A DNA stretch of 64,000 bases from Candidatus Hydrogenedentota bacterium (GTDB lineage Bacteria; Hydrogenedentota; Hydrogenedentia; Hydrogenedentales; CAITNO01): assembly GCA_903893795.1 (NCBI GenBank), contig CAITNO010000074.1:18766-82765 (forward strand), written 5' to 3'. This document shows positions 28,199 through 37,527 of the stretch, piece after piece. The position numbers were made by a program, and so were the translations under genes. How positions within the stretch are numbered: position 1 is the first letter of the stretch; each line of letters opens with the position of its first letter. The notes below the pieces were generated by a model. That model did no database searches. It worked only from the letters and a program-made list of their open reading frames with translations, and was not told the origin of the DNA.

Positions 28199-30043
28199 CT
28201 ATTTTGTCGCGGTGTTTCCTGACTCCACTTCCACAAACCGTGTTTCGCCGGGCGGTATCTCCACGTTGATTGCCGGTTCGGTAGCCAATTCCTGTCCGGT
28301 GCGCCATTCGCGCACCCTGGTCACCGCCGTCTTGGGAACGATCTTTACCTTCGCCACCGCTGACGGGTCCACCACGGCGGGTTCTTTCGGTTTCTTGGCG
28401 ACGCCTGCATTGTTGATCAGTTCCACCACCCAGCCGCTTTGGGTGCGGTTGATCTGATATTCCACTGGGTCGCCCTCCAGCGAAAACGGCAGATACTCCG
28501 CCGCCAACCTAGCTAGCCGTTCGTTGGCAATCGCGGCGGGCCGCTCCGTGGCGGGATTGGTCCACAGATCCAGGACTTCCACCTTGCCCGCCTCCTGCAA
28601 CCGCTTCATGCGGTCGCCCAGCGTATCACGGTGACGCGGGTGCAGCAGCACCCGGCTCCCGTGTTTGAGCGCGCCGCAGAGCGCATCCACAAAGGCCGGG
28701 TCAAAGTCGATGTCGCCTGCGAGCAGCAGCACGGGGTAGGCGGACAACGTTTCCGCCTTGGCGGTGGACAGCAGCACATCCGCCAGTTCGCCGTAGGGCG
28801 TGGCGCGCAGGTAGCTGTCTTCGGGGTTGTCCGGGTTGGGCCGGTGATGGATGTGGTCCGACCCCGGATACAACTGCGAAACGAAGAGGTCGTTGATCTC
28901 GGTGTCGCCCGGCATGCTTTCCAGAATGCCCCAGGGATGGCCCATGTAACCGTTGTATCCGGCAAGGTGATCGAGCACGACGGCGACGGGTGTGAACGGA
29001 ATGCCGCGATCATGACTGCGCGTGAATGCGAAGAACTCCGCCGCGGCCTCGCCGTGCGCGGTGAGCTTGTCCGGCTTGGCCGAGTCCTCGAAGAAAATGG
29101 CGCTGCTGTTCTCCGGCGTGACCAGCGCCGCGCCGGCAAACCAGCCGTGCAGCCACATGCGCCGGTACAGGCTCAGCGAATGGCCCGCGTCGAGTCCGCG
29201 CGCGTCCTTGCCCTCGATGCGCAATGGGCCGTTGGTGGTGCAGGCGCCGGAAAACCACGGGCTCGCCTGCAGGGACCACGGCAGGCCCCACTGACGCGCC
29301 GCGCCGCGCGCAAAGGCAATTTTCGACTGGGTGAAGGCGATGTTCTCGCAGACTTCCAGCCCCACCACCCGCGCGCCCCATTCGGCGGCGTAGGCCTCGT
29401 AGTGCGAATGGCCGGTAACGCTCATGTTGCGCCCGCGCATCGCGCGCTGGCGGGTCGTGAAGTAGTCCTTCACGATGTCATAGCATTCCTGTTTGCTCTT
29501 GGGCCGCGTATCGTAGCCCGCCAGACCGGCCGGTTTCATGAACTGTTTCATCTTGTCAAACTCGGGGCCGTACACATCACGCCACCATGACTCGGCGCAG
29601 GACAGGTTGTGGAAGTAATAGCCCCATTCACCCAACTGGATGGCGCTGAAATCACCGGCCTGGTCGAGCACCTGCATGGCAGCCTCGTCGGCGTCGGAAA
29701 GGCACGCCTTGCCATCCTTGATCTGGAAATCGCCAAAGCCCGGATAGCAGATCATGGGCCAGTGGATGGAGGCGAGATATTCGAAGAGCGGCTTGGATGC
29801 GGCATTCGCCGTGGGACCCGGGTCAAAGCCGTTGCCCAGCCCCTTCTCCTGCATGACGCCCACCATTTCCTTCAGCTTGTCCAATTCCCCCGGACAACCG
29901 TACATGGTGAACACGAAACCGGGCTGCCCCGGCAGCAGCCTGACGCTCCAGGGTCCCTTCTCCGGCGCAGAATGGTCAGGAAATGCCGCCGCGGCAAGAG
30001 ATGAAATCAAGAACGCTGCGCCAAAATGATAATACTTTTTCAT
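28199..30043 (-). CDS. secreted hypothetical protein, possibly glycoside-hydrolase-like
   Basis: 614-aa ORF with signal peptide and host-like codon pattern; aromatic-rich QLGEWGYY and GLEV segments; family not firmly recognised. Confidence 0.6.
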   Translation of the reverse strand: MKKYYHFGAAFLISSLAAAAFPDHSAPEKGPWSVRLLPGQPGFVFTMYGCPGELDKLKEMVGVMQEKGLGNGFDPGPTANAASKPLFEYLASIHWPMICYPGFGDFQIKDGKACLSDADEAAMQVLDQAGDFSAIQLGEWGYYFHNLSCAESWWRDVYGPEFDKMKQFMKPAGLAGYDTRPKSKQECYDIVKDYFTTRQRAMRGRNMSVTGHSHYEAYAAEWGARVVGLEVCENIAFTQSKIAFARGAARQWGLPWSLQASPWFSGACTTNGPLRIEGKDARGLDAGHSLSLYRRMWLHGWFAGAALVTPENSSAIFFEDSAKPDKLTAHGEAAAEFFAFTRSHDRGIPFTPVAVVLDHLAGYNGYMGHPWGILESMPGDTEINDLFVSQLYPGSDHIHHRPNPDNPEDSYLRATPYGELADVLLSTAKAETLSAYPVLLLAGDIDFDPAFVDALCGALKHGSRVLLHPRHRDTLGDRMKRLQEAGKVEVLDLWTNPATERPAAIANERLARLAAEYLPFSLEGDPVEYQINRTQSGWVVELINNAGVAKKPKEPAVVDPSAVAKVKIVPKTAVTRVREWRTGQELATEPAINVEIPPGETRFVEVESGNTATK

Positions 30044-30150
30044 GACAATCCTCCGGGTACCCTACGAATGATGGTTTTGATTGGTCCGCTGATTTTCAGC
30101 CATTATGGTCACGGAAGTAAAGACTGCCATGAACTGAAGGGAGAACTGCG

Positions 30151-30339
30151 ATGGCAAAATGCCCATATTGCGAGAAGCCGGTCATCCTCAAAGGATTCGA
30201 TTCGGAAAAGAAGGACGAGGTGCGCCGGGAGGTTTATGGGTTCATCAAGAAGGAGGTCATGTATTCCTGTCCCCACTGCGAGCGGGTGCTGGGATTCGGT
30301 TCCTTCTTCGGCGGATTGATCACCGGCAGGCCGAGATAG
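30151..30339 (+). CDS. small zinc-ribbon protein
   Basis: CPYC...CPHC pair, GGAG RBS, 62 aa. Confidence 0.7.
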   Translation: MAKCPYCEKPVILKGFDSEKKDEVRREVYGFIKKEVMYSCPHCERVLGFGSFFGGLITGRPR

Positions 30340-30475
30340 ACCCTTTCGGGAGAAATGGCGTCGGGCAGCCACTTTTTCGTGAGGCGAAGCGCCTCCGAAC
30401 GAGTAGTTGCCCTTGGACCGGTGCGTTCCATTTTGCTTTGCAAAACTCCACGCACCCTACAGTTCCTCGCGCATC

Positions 30476-31597
30476 CTACGGTTGCTGCCGGACAGCACGC
30501 GCTTTGCGCGTCCTCACCGCCACCATGACCGCCGTCGCGGACAACAGCATCAGCGCATCACCGCCCGCACCGCCCCTGGGCGGCTTCGGCGTGGAATTGC
30601 CCAGGGTGGCCGCCGTGCCGACACAGCCCTGAAGCCACGAAGTCCCGCTTTCGCCTTCACCCTCCCCTTCCCCCTCGGCGGCGGGCTCGCCCTCGCCTTC
30701 GGGCTGCAATTCGCCTTCGCCTGGAAGCTCGCCCTCGGCCACGGCGTTGCCGAAAGCCGTCCACGCGGTGTCGATAAAGTCGTTCGCGCCCGTGGCAAAA
30801 ACGGCCGTCAGATGCGCGTTGGCGGCGTCATTGGGATGGGAGTCGTCCGTGGCGCCGCCATAGATGCTCTTGAGCCGGTTGGGATGGGAGACCCCGTCCC
30901 CGTTGGCCAGCTCGTTGAACAGGTCGAACACGGCCACGTTTTTCAATCCCGGATGGGCCGCGTTGTAGGCAGGCAGCCAGGTGCCCTTGAGCCAGTTGTT
31001 GAAAAGGCGGGCGCGGTGCGCCGCGTTGTTGTCCGTGGAACTGTTGTTCAGTGGCGGTGAAGTGACCGCGATGAAAAGCGTGTCCGGGTTGGCCGCGAAC
31101 ACGTCTTCCAGCGGATGGTAGAACTGGCCGTTGGCGCCGTAGCTGCGGCCTGCCCCGCCGGGGTGGCGGTACAGCGCCTTCAGGTTGGCCAGCGTCAGGT
31201 CGCCGAAGGGGTCGCCCGGTTCGGTGCCGTCGGAAGTGGTGTCGCTGTTGGGGAAACAGCTCTTGAACATGACGATGGTGTTGACGCTGCTGCTGGGGTA
31301 GGACTGGACATGGGTCTTATAGTCATTGAACCACAGCAGCCAGGTGTTCATGTCTGTGCTGTCGCCGGGCACCGCATCCAGCGACGCGGGACGCCCGGTG
31401 TCGGGAAGGACAACCGTCCCATAGGTGATTTCATTGACCTGGTCAATGTAGGCCTTGGCCTCCAGCGCGCCGCGAAGGCTGTGGTCGAGCCAGTTCTGGC
31501 CCACGGAATGGTGAATGAACACCAGATCATCGGCCTGAACAGAGATTCCGGAAAGAACCAAACAAACGAAAAGACCCACCCGCTCCAATGACTTCAT
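30476..31597 (-). CDS. secreted protein with EGE repeats and C-terminal TM tail
   Basis: signal peptide; FIHHSVG, MFKSCFPNS, DSHPN (SGNH-like end); EGELPGEGELQPEGEGE repeat. Confidence 0.7.
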   Translation of the reverse strand: MKSLERVGLFVCLVLSGISVQADDLVFIHHSVGQNWLDHSLRGALEAKAYIDQVNEITYGTVVLPDTGRPASLDAVPGDSTDMNTWLLWFNDYKTHVQSYPSSSVNTIVMFKSCFPNSDTTSDGTEPGDPFGDLTLANLKALYRHPGGAGRSYGANGQFYHPLEDVFAANPDTLFIAVTSPPLNNSSTDNNAAHRARLFNNWLKGTWLPAYNAAHPGLKNVAVFDLFNELANGDGVSHPNRLKSIYGGATDDSHPNDAANAHLTAVFATGANDFIDTAWTAFGNAVAEGELPGEGELQPEGEGEPAAEGEGEGEGESGTSWLQGCVGTAATLGNSTPKPPRGGAGGDALMLLSATAVMVAVRTRKARAVRQQP

Positions 31598-31768
31598 GCC
31601 TCACTTCTCCTTGTTTGCCCTGCTTGCGGTGCGCTCCCTTTGGGGCACCCTACCGTCACACCCCAATTATACCATCGCTTTGCCGCTACCTGCCGAGGGG
31701 GGCCACGGGCTATAATACCGGCCTGTAGGACAGCCCCCCGGCTGTCCCTTTGGTCATAAGGACACTCC

Positions 31769-32563
31769 ATGCAATCCATCCAAAAAGACGACGCGCTGGT
31801 TATTGCCGGGCGGCGCTTTGGTTCCCGGCTGATGATCGGCACGGGCAAATTCCCCTCGGCCCAGGCCCTGCGCGACGCCATCGAGCAGAGCGGCGCGGAA
31901 ATCGTGACCGTGGCGCTGCGCCGCGTGGATCTCTCCGCGCCGGAGGCGCAGGGAATCATGTCGGCCATCGACCCGAAACGCCAGTTGATCCTGCCGAACA
32001 CGAGCGGCGCGCGCGATGCCGACGAGGCGGTGCGGCTGGCGCGGCTGGCCCGCGCGGCGGGCATGGAACCCTGGATCAAGCTGGAACTCACCCCCGAGCC
32101 GCGCTACCTGCTGCCCGACCCGGTGGAAACGCTGCGCGCCGCCGAAATCCTGGTGAAGGACGGGTTTGTGGTGCTGCCCTACATCCAGGCAGACCCCATG
32201 CTGGCCAAACGGCTGGAAGAAATCGGCACGGCCACCGTGATGCCGCTGGGCGCGCCCATCGGCAGCAACCGCGGCCTGCGCACCCGCGACATGATCCGCA
32301 TCATCATTGAACAGTCCAATGTGCCCGTCGTCGTGGACGCCGGACTGGGCGCGCCATCGCACGCGGCCGAGTCTATGGAACTGGGCGCCGACGCGGTGCT
32401 GGTGAACACGGCCCTGGCCGACGCCCGCGATGCGGGTACGATGGCCAAAGCCTTCGCCATGGCCGTCGAGGCGGGACGCATGGCCTGGCGGGCCGGGCTC
32501 GGTCCCGAGCGCGGCGAGGCCGAGGCGTCGTCCCCGCTGACCGGCTTCCTCGTTGAAAAGTGA
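31769..32563 (+). CDS. thiG: thiazole synthase
   Basis: [48 protein letters not shown]. Confidence 0.97.
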   Translation: MQSIQKDDALVIAGRRFGSRLMIGTGKFPSAQALRDAIEQSGAEIVTVALRRVDLSAPEAQGIMSAIDPKRQLILPNTSGARDADEAVRLARLARAAGMEPWIKLELTPEPRYLLPDPVETLRAAEILVKDGFVVLPYIQADPMLAKRLEEIGTATVMPLGAPIGSNRGLRTRDMIRIIIEQSNVPVVVDAGLGAPSHAAESMELGADAVLVNTALADARDAGTMAKAFAMAVEAGRMAWRAGLGPERGEAEASSPLTGFLVEK

Positions 32564-32570
32564 TGCTGCC

Positions 32571-33692
32571 ATGAGCTTTGTGGACGAACTTGACGCCTGG
32601 CCGCGCGAACGCGTGGCCGCCCTGTATGATAATGTGACCGAGACCGAGGTGCTCTCCGCCATCGGCCGCGAGGAGCGCACCCTGCGCGACCTGGCCGCGC
32701 TGCTCTCCCCCGCCGCGCGGCCCCACTTGGAGCGGATGGCCCGCGAGGCGCAGCGCCTGACGCGCTGGCATTTCGGCCGCACCATCGGCCTTTACGCGCC
32801 CATCTACTTTTCCAACCTCTGCGCCGCCGACTGCCTTTACTGCGGCTTTGCCGTGTGCTCCGGCGTAAAGGACGAGCGCGTTACGCTGACGGACGATCAG
32901 ATCGAGGCGGAATGCACCGCCCTGAAAAACATGGGCTACGACAGTGTGCTGCTGCTCACCGGCGAGGCGCCCAAGGTCGTGCCGCCGGCGCACATTGCGC
33001 GGGCCGTCGCGATATCCCGCCGCCATTTCTCCAGCGTCTCCGTCGAGGTCTATTCGATGGATGAGGCCGACTACACACTCCTATGCGAAAGCGGGCTGGA
33101 AGGTGTCACGCTCTATCAAGAAACCTATGACCGCGAGCTGTACAGCGAGGTGCACCCGCGCGGACTGAAACGCGACTACGCCTACCGTGTGGACACGCTG
33201 GAACGGGCTGGAAAGGCCGGGGTGCGCAAGCTCACCCTAGGCGCGCTGCTGGGGCTTTTCGACTGGCGGCTCGACCTAATCTGGACCGCCATGCACGCAC
33301 GCTATCTGCAAAAGCACTGCTGGCGCAGTTCCGTGGCCGTCTCGTTTCCGCGCCTGCGCCACACGCCGCCGCGCTTCCGCGTCGATTTCCCCATGTCCGA
33401 CGCCGAACTCGTGCAGGCCATCCTGGCCATGCGCCTCTTCCTTCCCGAGGCCGGATTCAACCTGTCCACCCGCGAATGCGGTGACTTCCGCGACCGCGTC
33501 ATGTCGCTCGGCATCACCTCCATGAGTGCCGGTTCCAGCACCCGCCCCGGCGGCTACGTTACCAAGGGCGAGGAGGTCCTCGAACAGTTCGAGGTCGAGG
33601 ACACGCGCAGTCCGGAAGAGGTGGTCGCCATGATCCGCCGCGCCGGCTACGACCCCGTATGGAAAGACTTCGACCGCGCATTTCACGGGTAA
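32571..33692 (+). CDS. thiH: 2-iminoacetate synthase (radical SAM)
   Basis: [52 protein letters not shown]; follows thiG. Confidence 0.93.
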   Translation: MSFVDELDAWPRERVAALYDNVTETEVLSAIGREERTLRDLAALLSPAARPHLERMAREAQRLTRWHFGRTIGLYAPIYFSNLCAADCLYCGFAVCSGVKDERVTLTDDQIEAECTALKNMGYDSVLLLTGEAPKVVPPAHIARAVAISRRHFSSVSVEVYSMDEADYTLLCESGLEGVTLYQETYDRELYSEVHPRGLKRDYAYRVDTLERAGKAGVRKLTLGALLGLFDWRLDLIWTAMHARYLQKHCWRSSVAVSFPRLRHTPPRFRVDFPMSDAELVQAILAMRLFLPEAGFNLSTRECGDFRDRVMSLGITSMSAGSSTRPGGYVTKGEEVLEQFEVEDTRSPEEVVAMIRRAGYDPVWKDFDRAFHG

Positions 33693-33730
33693 TTCCCAAT
33701 CCAAGAAGAAACCGGGACCACGAAGGTCAC

Positions 33731-33771
33731 CAATTTGGAGTGCGGCGGCAGCGCCGCCGCACTCCAAATTG
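33731..33771. repeat. perfect 19-bp hairpin (REP-like or terminator-like)
   Basis: caatttggagtgcggcggc-agc-gccgccgcactccaaattg. Confidence 0.75.
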
Positions 33772-33805
33772 GGAGGGTCGCGCTGTGTCAAGAGGAGGAA
33801 GAACG

Positions 33806-34645
33806 ATGCGTGTAAAACAGGTTCGGAAAGTGCGGCGCCAGCGCCGCCCCGGCTATCCCACGCGGCCGGAAGTGGCGCGGGACCCGGAACTGCTCCGCCG
33901 TCATGTGCCGTCGGCGTGGAAGAAGTCGGCGCAGGTGACCGCTGCGCTGTCCATTGTGCTTGCGTCGGCCTATGCACAGGATGCACCTTCGAAAGCAAAG
34001 GGATTTAAGGTGGCCCCCATCTTCGAGCATGGCGAAGGTCGGGGCGCAACGGGCTGCGTTGTGATGACCCCGCCGCAGTTCTTGGCTGAAGATGACGCGC
34101 TCAGAATAATCATCCAGGAAATGGAGAAGGCCGGAATCCCAACCCCCGATAGGGGCAAGAGCTTTCGTGACATCACCTATGGCGAGAACATATTTCCTCC
34201 TCCTCCGGATAAGGACGGCACCGGGCCGTGGACTCCGGATCTATTGGAGGGGGACAGAAAACCGATTGTCTTTGATTTGTACGAGCCCCTCGAAGGCATT
34301 GTCATTGAGTATGTATCAAGCACTGGCAGGCAATTTGCGGTGACCGACCAGGACAAGTTTCTGTCTCGATTTAGCTCAGTGGTATCGTATGATTTGCTGG
34401 ACGCGGCCAAACGCCTGAGAAGAAACCTTGAGAGGAACAGGTCACATCGGAATCTCTACTGTGGCGTCTTCTATGACCCTGGTTATTCTCACAAGACGGT
34501 AGATTCCGCGAAGATTTCCCTTGGCCCCGATAATGATGCGAAGAGGAAAGACGCTGTAGAATCGTTGAATCCAAGTCCAGCCGACCTGCTCCGCGCCCAA
34601 GTGAAAGACTTCATCGAATGGCTCAAGGGCCAGGGTGCGATATGA
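33806..34645 (+). CDS. hypothetical secreted protein, putative radical SAM substrate (paralog A)
   Basis: GGAGG RBS; basic leader RRPGYPTRPE, signal ending AYA|Q, HGEGRGATGCVVMTPP, C-terminus QVKDFIEWLKGQGAI. Confidence 0.75.
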   Translation: MRVKQVRKVRRQRRPGYPTRPEVARDPELLRRHVPSAWKKSAQVTAALSIVLASAYAQDAPSKAKGFKVAPIFEHGEGRGATGCVVMTPPQFLAEDDALRIIIQEMEKAGIPTPDRGKSFRDITYGENIFPPPPDKDGTGPWTPDLLEGDRKPIVFDLYEPLEGIVIEYVSSTGRQFAVTDQDKFLSRFSSVVSYDLLDAAKRLRRNLERNRSHRNLYCGVFYDPGYSHKTVDSAKISLGPDNDAKRKDAVESLNPSPADLLRAQVKDFIEWLKGQGAI

Positions 34646-34708
34646 AACCGGAAGGGTTCCTGTCGGCGTCAAAATGCCGGTATGCACCTTGCGCAGTGTG
34701 TTCCAAAG

Positions 34709-34798
34709 CTCTGCGCGTCTCTGCGTCCTTTGCGCCTCTGCGTTCAGATGTTATTGTCTTTCAACGCAGAGACGCGGAGGACGCAAAGTCGCGCAGAG
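34709..34798. repeat. inverted repeat of CTCTGCG / CGCAGAG units (REP-like)
   Basis: ctctgcgcgtctctgcgtcctttgcgcctctgcgtt ... aacgcagagacgcggaggacgcaaagtcgcgcagag. Confidence 0.75.
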
Positions 34799-34841
34799 AA
34801 GACGGAGAAACCGTAATATGTTCAGAACTGGAGGGAGTCCA

Positions 34842-35690
34842 TTGAACGTAAACACAGTCCGCAAGGTGCGGCGTCAGCGCCGCCCCGGCTATCCCACGCG
34901 GCCGGAAGTGGCGCGGGACCCGGAACTGCTCCGCCGCCATGTGCCGTCGGCATGGAAGAAGTCCGCGCAGGTGACGGCTGCACTGTCCATCATGCTTGTA
35001 TCGGCCTATGCGCAGGAGTCACCCGTGAAAGGAAAGGCGCTGAAAATTGCCCCCGTCTTTGAGCATGGTGAGGGCTACGGTTCCGAGGGATGCATCATCA
35101 TGAATCCCCCCCGATTCCTGGCCGAGGAGGAAGCACAGCGAATCATCACACAGGAACTGGAGAAAGCCGGAATCCCCGCGCCGGAACGGAACAAGACGCT
35201 GCCCGGTCTTGAGGTGGCCAAGTTGGAGTTTGGCAGCGTGGAAGTGCCGGATCCCAAAGATGGAAGCGTATGGTTCAGATTTCAGGGTGTGGAGAAGGAG
35301 CGGATTCCATTGGTTCTGGACTTCTTCGAGTCAACAAAACATATCGCCCTCGTGTATGTGTCCAAGGAAGATCAGGGCTTCGCCTTGAGCGGCGACATAA
35401 AAGACTTTGGCGCTATGAGTTCCGTCAAAGAACGCCTGTTTGTGAAAGCGTCACAATGGGTGCGCGAAGAGATTCGGAAGAACGATTCCGCCCCGGATTT
35501 GTTCTACGGAGTTCTCTATGATCCTTGCCCTGAATACCGCGAAGCCGACTGGACAAAGATTCCTCCGGGTCCCGATCAGGTGAAGAAATGGAAAGAAGCG
35601 ACTGAGGCGTTGAATCCCGATCCGGCCGGCCTGCTCCGCGCGCAGGTGAAAGATTTCATCGAATGGCTCAAGGGCCAGGGCGCAATCTAA
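34842..35690 (+). CDS. hypothetical secreted protein, putative radical SAM substrate (paralog B)
   Basis: TTG start after GGAGGGAG; leader and C-terminus near-identical to paralog A; HGEGYGSEGCIIMNPP. Confidence 0.75.
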   Translation: MNVNTVRKVRRQRRPGYPTRPEVARDPELLRRHVPSAWKKSAQVTAALSIMLVSAYAQESPVKGKALKIAPVFEHGEGYGSEGCIIMNPPRFLAEEEAQRIITQELEKAGIPAPERNKTLPGLEVAKLEFGSVEVPDPKDGSVWFRFQGVEKERIPLVLDFFESTKHIALVYVSKEDQGFALSGDIKDFGAMSSVKERLFVKASQWVREEIRKNDSAPDLFYGVLYDPCPEYREADWTKIPPGPDQVKKWKEATEALNPDPAGLLRAQVKDFIEWLKGQGAI

Positions 35691-35699
35691 GGAGTAACC

Positions 35700-36845
35700 A
35701 TGCATTTCACGCTGCACCTGTCCCAGCGCTGCAACATGCGCTGCTCCTATTGCTACGCGCCTCCCTGCGACGGCCCCATCATGTCCGAAACGGTGGGCCG
35801 GGCCGCGATAGACTTGGGCGCGCGCATGTCGGACGGTTCCTGCGGCATCATCTTTTTCGGCGGCGAGCCGCTGCTGCACCGCGACCTCATCGCCTCACTG
35901 ACGGACTATGCGGCGCGGCATCCGTCGGGCCGTTTGTTCCACCACAAGATCACCACCAACGGCACGCTGCTCGACGGGGAATTCCTCGATTTCGCCCTGC
36001 GCAGCCAGATGCTGGTGGCGATGAGTTTTGACGGTGTGCGCGAGGCGCACGACCGGCACCGGCGCGCGGCGTCGGGCGCGCCCACCTGGGACCTGCTGTT
36101 GCCGAACCTGAAAATGCTGCTGGAGGCGCGGCCCTATTCGAGCGTGTTCATGGTGGTCAACCCCGACACGGCGCAGTACCTCGACGCCTCGGCGCAGTTC
36201 CTCATCGAGGACATCGGCGTCCGCTATCTCATCGTCTCGCTCAACTACGCCGCCGACTGGACCGAGGACGATTTCGAGGTGCTGCGCAAGCAGTACGAGA
36301 AACTGGGCGACCGTTACATCCGCTGGACCCGCGCCGGGCGCAAGTTCTATTTCAGCCCCTTCGAGGTGAAAATCTCGTCCCACGTCAACCGCGACTGCTA
36401 CCAGAAGGAGCGTTGCGAACTGGCCCAGCGCCAGGTCTCCGTCGGGCCCGACGGCACGCTTTATCCCTGCGTGCAGTTCACCCATGCCGGACCGGACAGC
36501 GACTGGCGCGTGGGCCATGTGGACAGCGGCCTCGACGAGGCCGCCCGTGCGCGGCTCGGCCGGGAATCGAGCGCCGACAAGCCCGAGTGCGACGGCTGCG
36601 CCATTCAACAGCGCTGCAACAACACCTGCGGCTGCCTGAATTGGCAGACCACCGGCGGCATCAACACCGTCTCGCCCGTGCTCTGCCGCCACGAGCAAAC
36701 CGTGCTGCCCGTCGCCGACCGCGTGGCCGGCACGCTCTACCGCGAACGCCAGTCGCTCTTTCTGCACAAGCACTACAACGAGGCCTACCCCTTCCTCTCT
36801 CTCATTGAGGACAGCGAGAAACCATCCCGCGTCCCCAAGACCTGA
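35700..36845 (+). CDS. radical SAM/SPASM domain protein (anSME-like, no N-terminal RRE)
   Basis: CNMRCSYC at residue 11, FFGGEPLL, TTNGTLL, SFDG; SPASM cysteines RCEL..GTLYPC and CDGC...RCNNTCGC...LC; AAGGAG RBS overlapping the upstream stop. Confidence 0.92.
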   Translation: MHFTLHLSQRCNMRCSYCYAPPCDGPIMSETVGRAAIDLGARMSDGSCGIIFFGGEPLLHRDLIASLTDYAARHPSGRLFHHKITTNGTLLDGEFLDFALRSQMLVAMSFDGVREAHDRHRRAASGAPTWDLLLPNLKMLLEARPYSSVFMVVNPDTAQYLDASAQFLIEDIGVRYLIVSLNYAADWTEDDFEVLRKQYEKLGDRYIRWTRAGRKFYFSPFEVKISSHVNRDCYQKERCELAQRQVSVGPDGTLYPCVQFTHAGPDSDWRVGHVDSGLDEAARARLGRESSADKPECDGCAIQQRCNNTCGCLNWQTTGGINTVSPVLCRHEQTVLPVADRVAGTLYRERQSLFLHKHYNEAYPFLSLIEDSEKPSRVPKT

Positions 36846-37063
36846 TTCTGGCCTGGCGTCTCTTCCGTCAATGGACCGCCCCGCAATCCTCGCGTTTCCA
36901 ATCCTGTCTTTTGGCAGGAAATGCAACGAACGGTGCCTATCTTATAAGAGTGGGCCTTGGCGGCATGGGACGGTCCCGCCTTGTTCTGCTTACTGAAAAC
37001 CGCCATCCGCAACCTATCGACTCATAAACATGCGCCCTTCACCATGTGAGCGGATTCCTATAT

Positions 37064-37311
37064 CCCGAAGGGATTACGGAGCAAAGCCCGGGGTTGGCGT
37101 GAGGCATTACCCCGTAATGCCGAACGCCTACCCCGGGTCAATGTGCATCTCCTCAGACGGCGCCACGCTGAAAGCGTCGCGCCGCTTCGGGTGTACAACC
37201 CTGTCAGGGTTGCCGGGATGAAGCGCAGGCCCTTTACCCGGGGTAGACCTTTTCACGCCATCGGCGTGACATTGGTCAACCCCGGGCTTTGCTCCATAGC
37301 CCCGTTGGGGC
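37064..37311. repeat. REPIN-like nested inverted repeat
   Basis: perfect 19-bp arms ggagcaaagcccggggttg (37078) / caaccccgggctttgctcc (37277), inner arms ctaccccggg / cccggggtag. Confidence 0.75.
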
Positions 37312-37492
37312 ATTGGCAGAATCGGGACGAATATGGCCCCCCCGGGAGGCTGCCGCAGACAAAACGCCCCCGGGCGGGAGCGTAGCACCACAAGGTGACT
37401 CTTTTATCCCACATGCTGTATCCAGCCGAGGCTACACCATGATAGAGCCGCAAAAGAGTTCCCTCTTCGGCGATTGGTTCACGAGAAAACTA

Positions 37493-37521
37493 TAGACAAA
37501 CACCACAACATATGGTATTCT
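37493..37521 (+). promoter_or_regulatory. sigma70-like promoter, probably leaderless
   Basis: TAGACA, 17 nt, TATTCT with extended TG, ending 6 nt before ATG 37528. Confidence 0.5.
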
Positions 37522-37527
37522 GCGTCC

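Noticed and set aside
35700-36845. Classical anaerobic sulfatase maturase or short-peptide RiPP cluster
   Set aside because: No sulfatase with CxPxR, short precursor peptide, RRE, peptidase or ABC exporter is adjacent.
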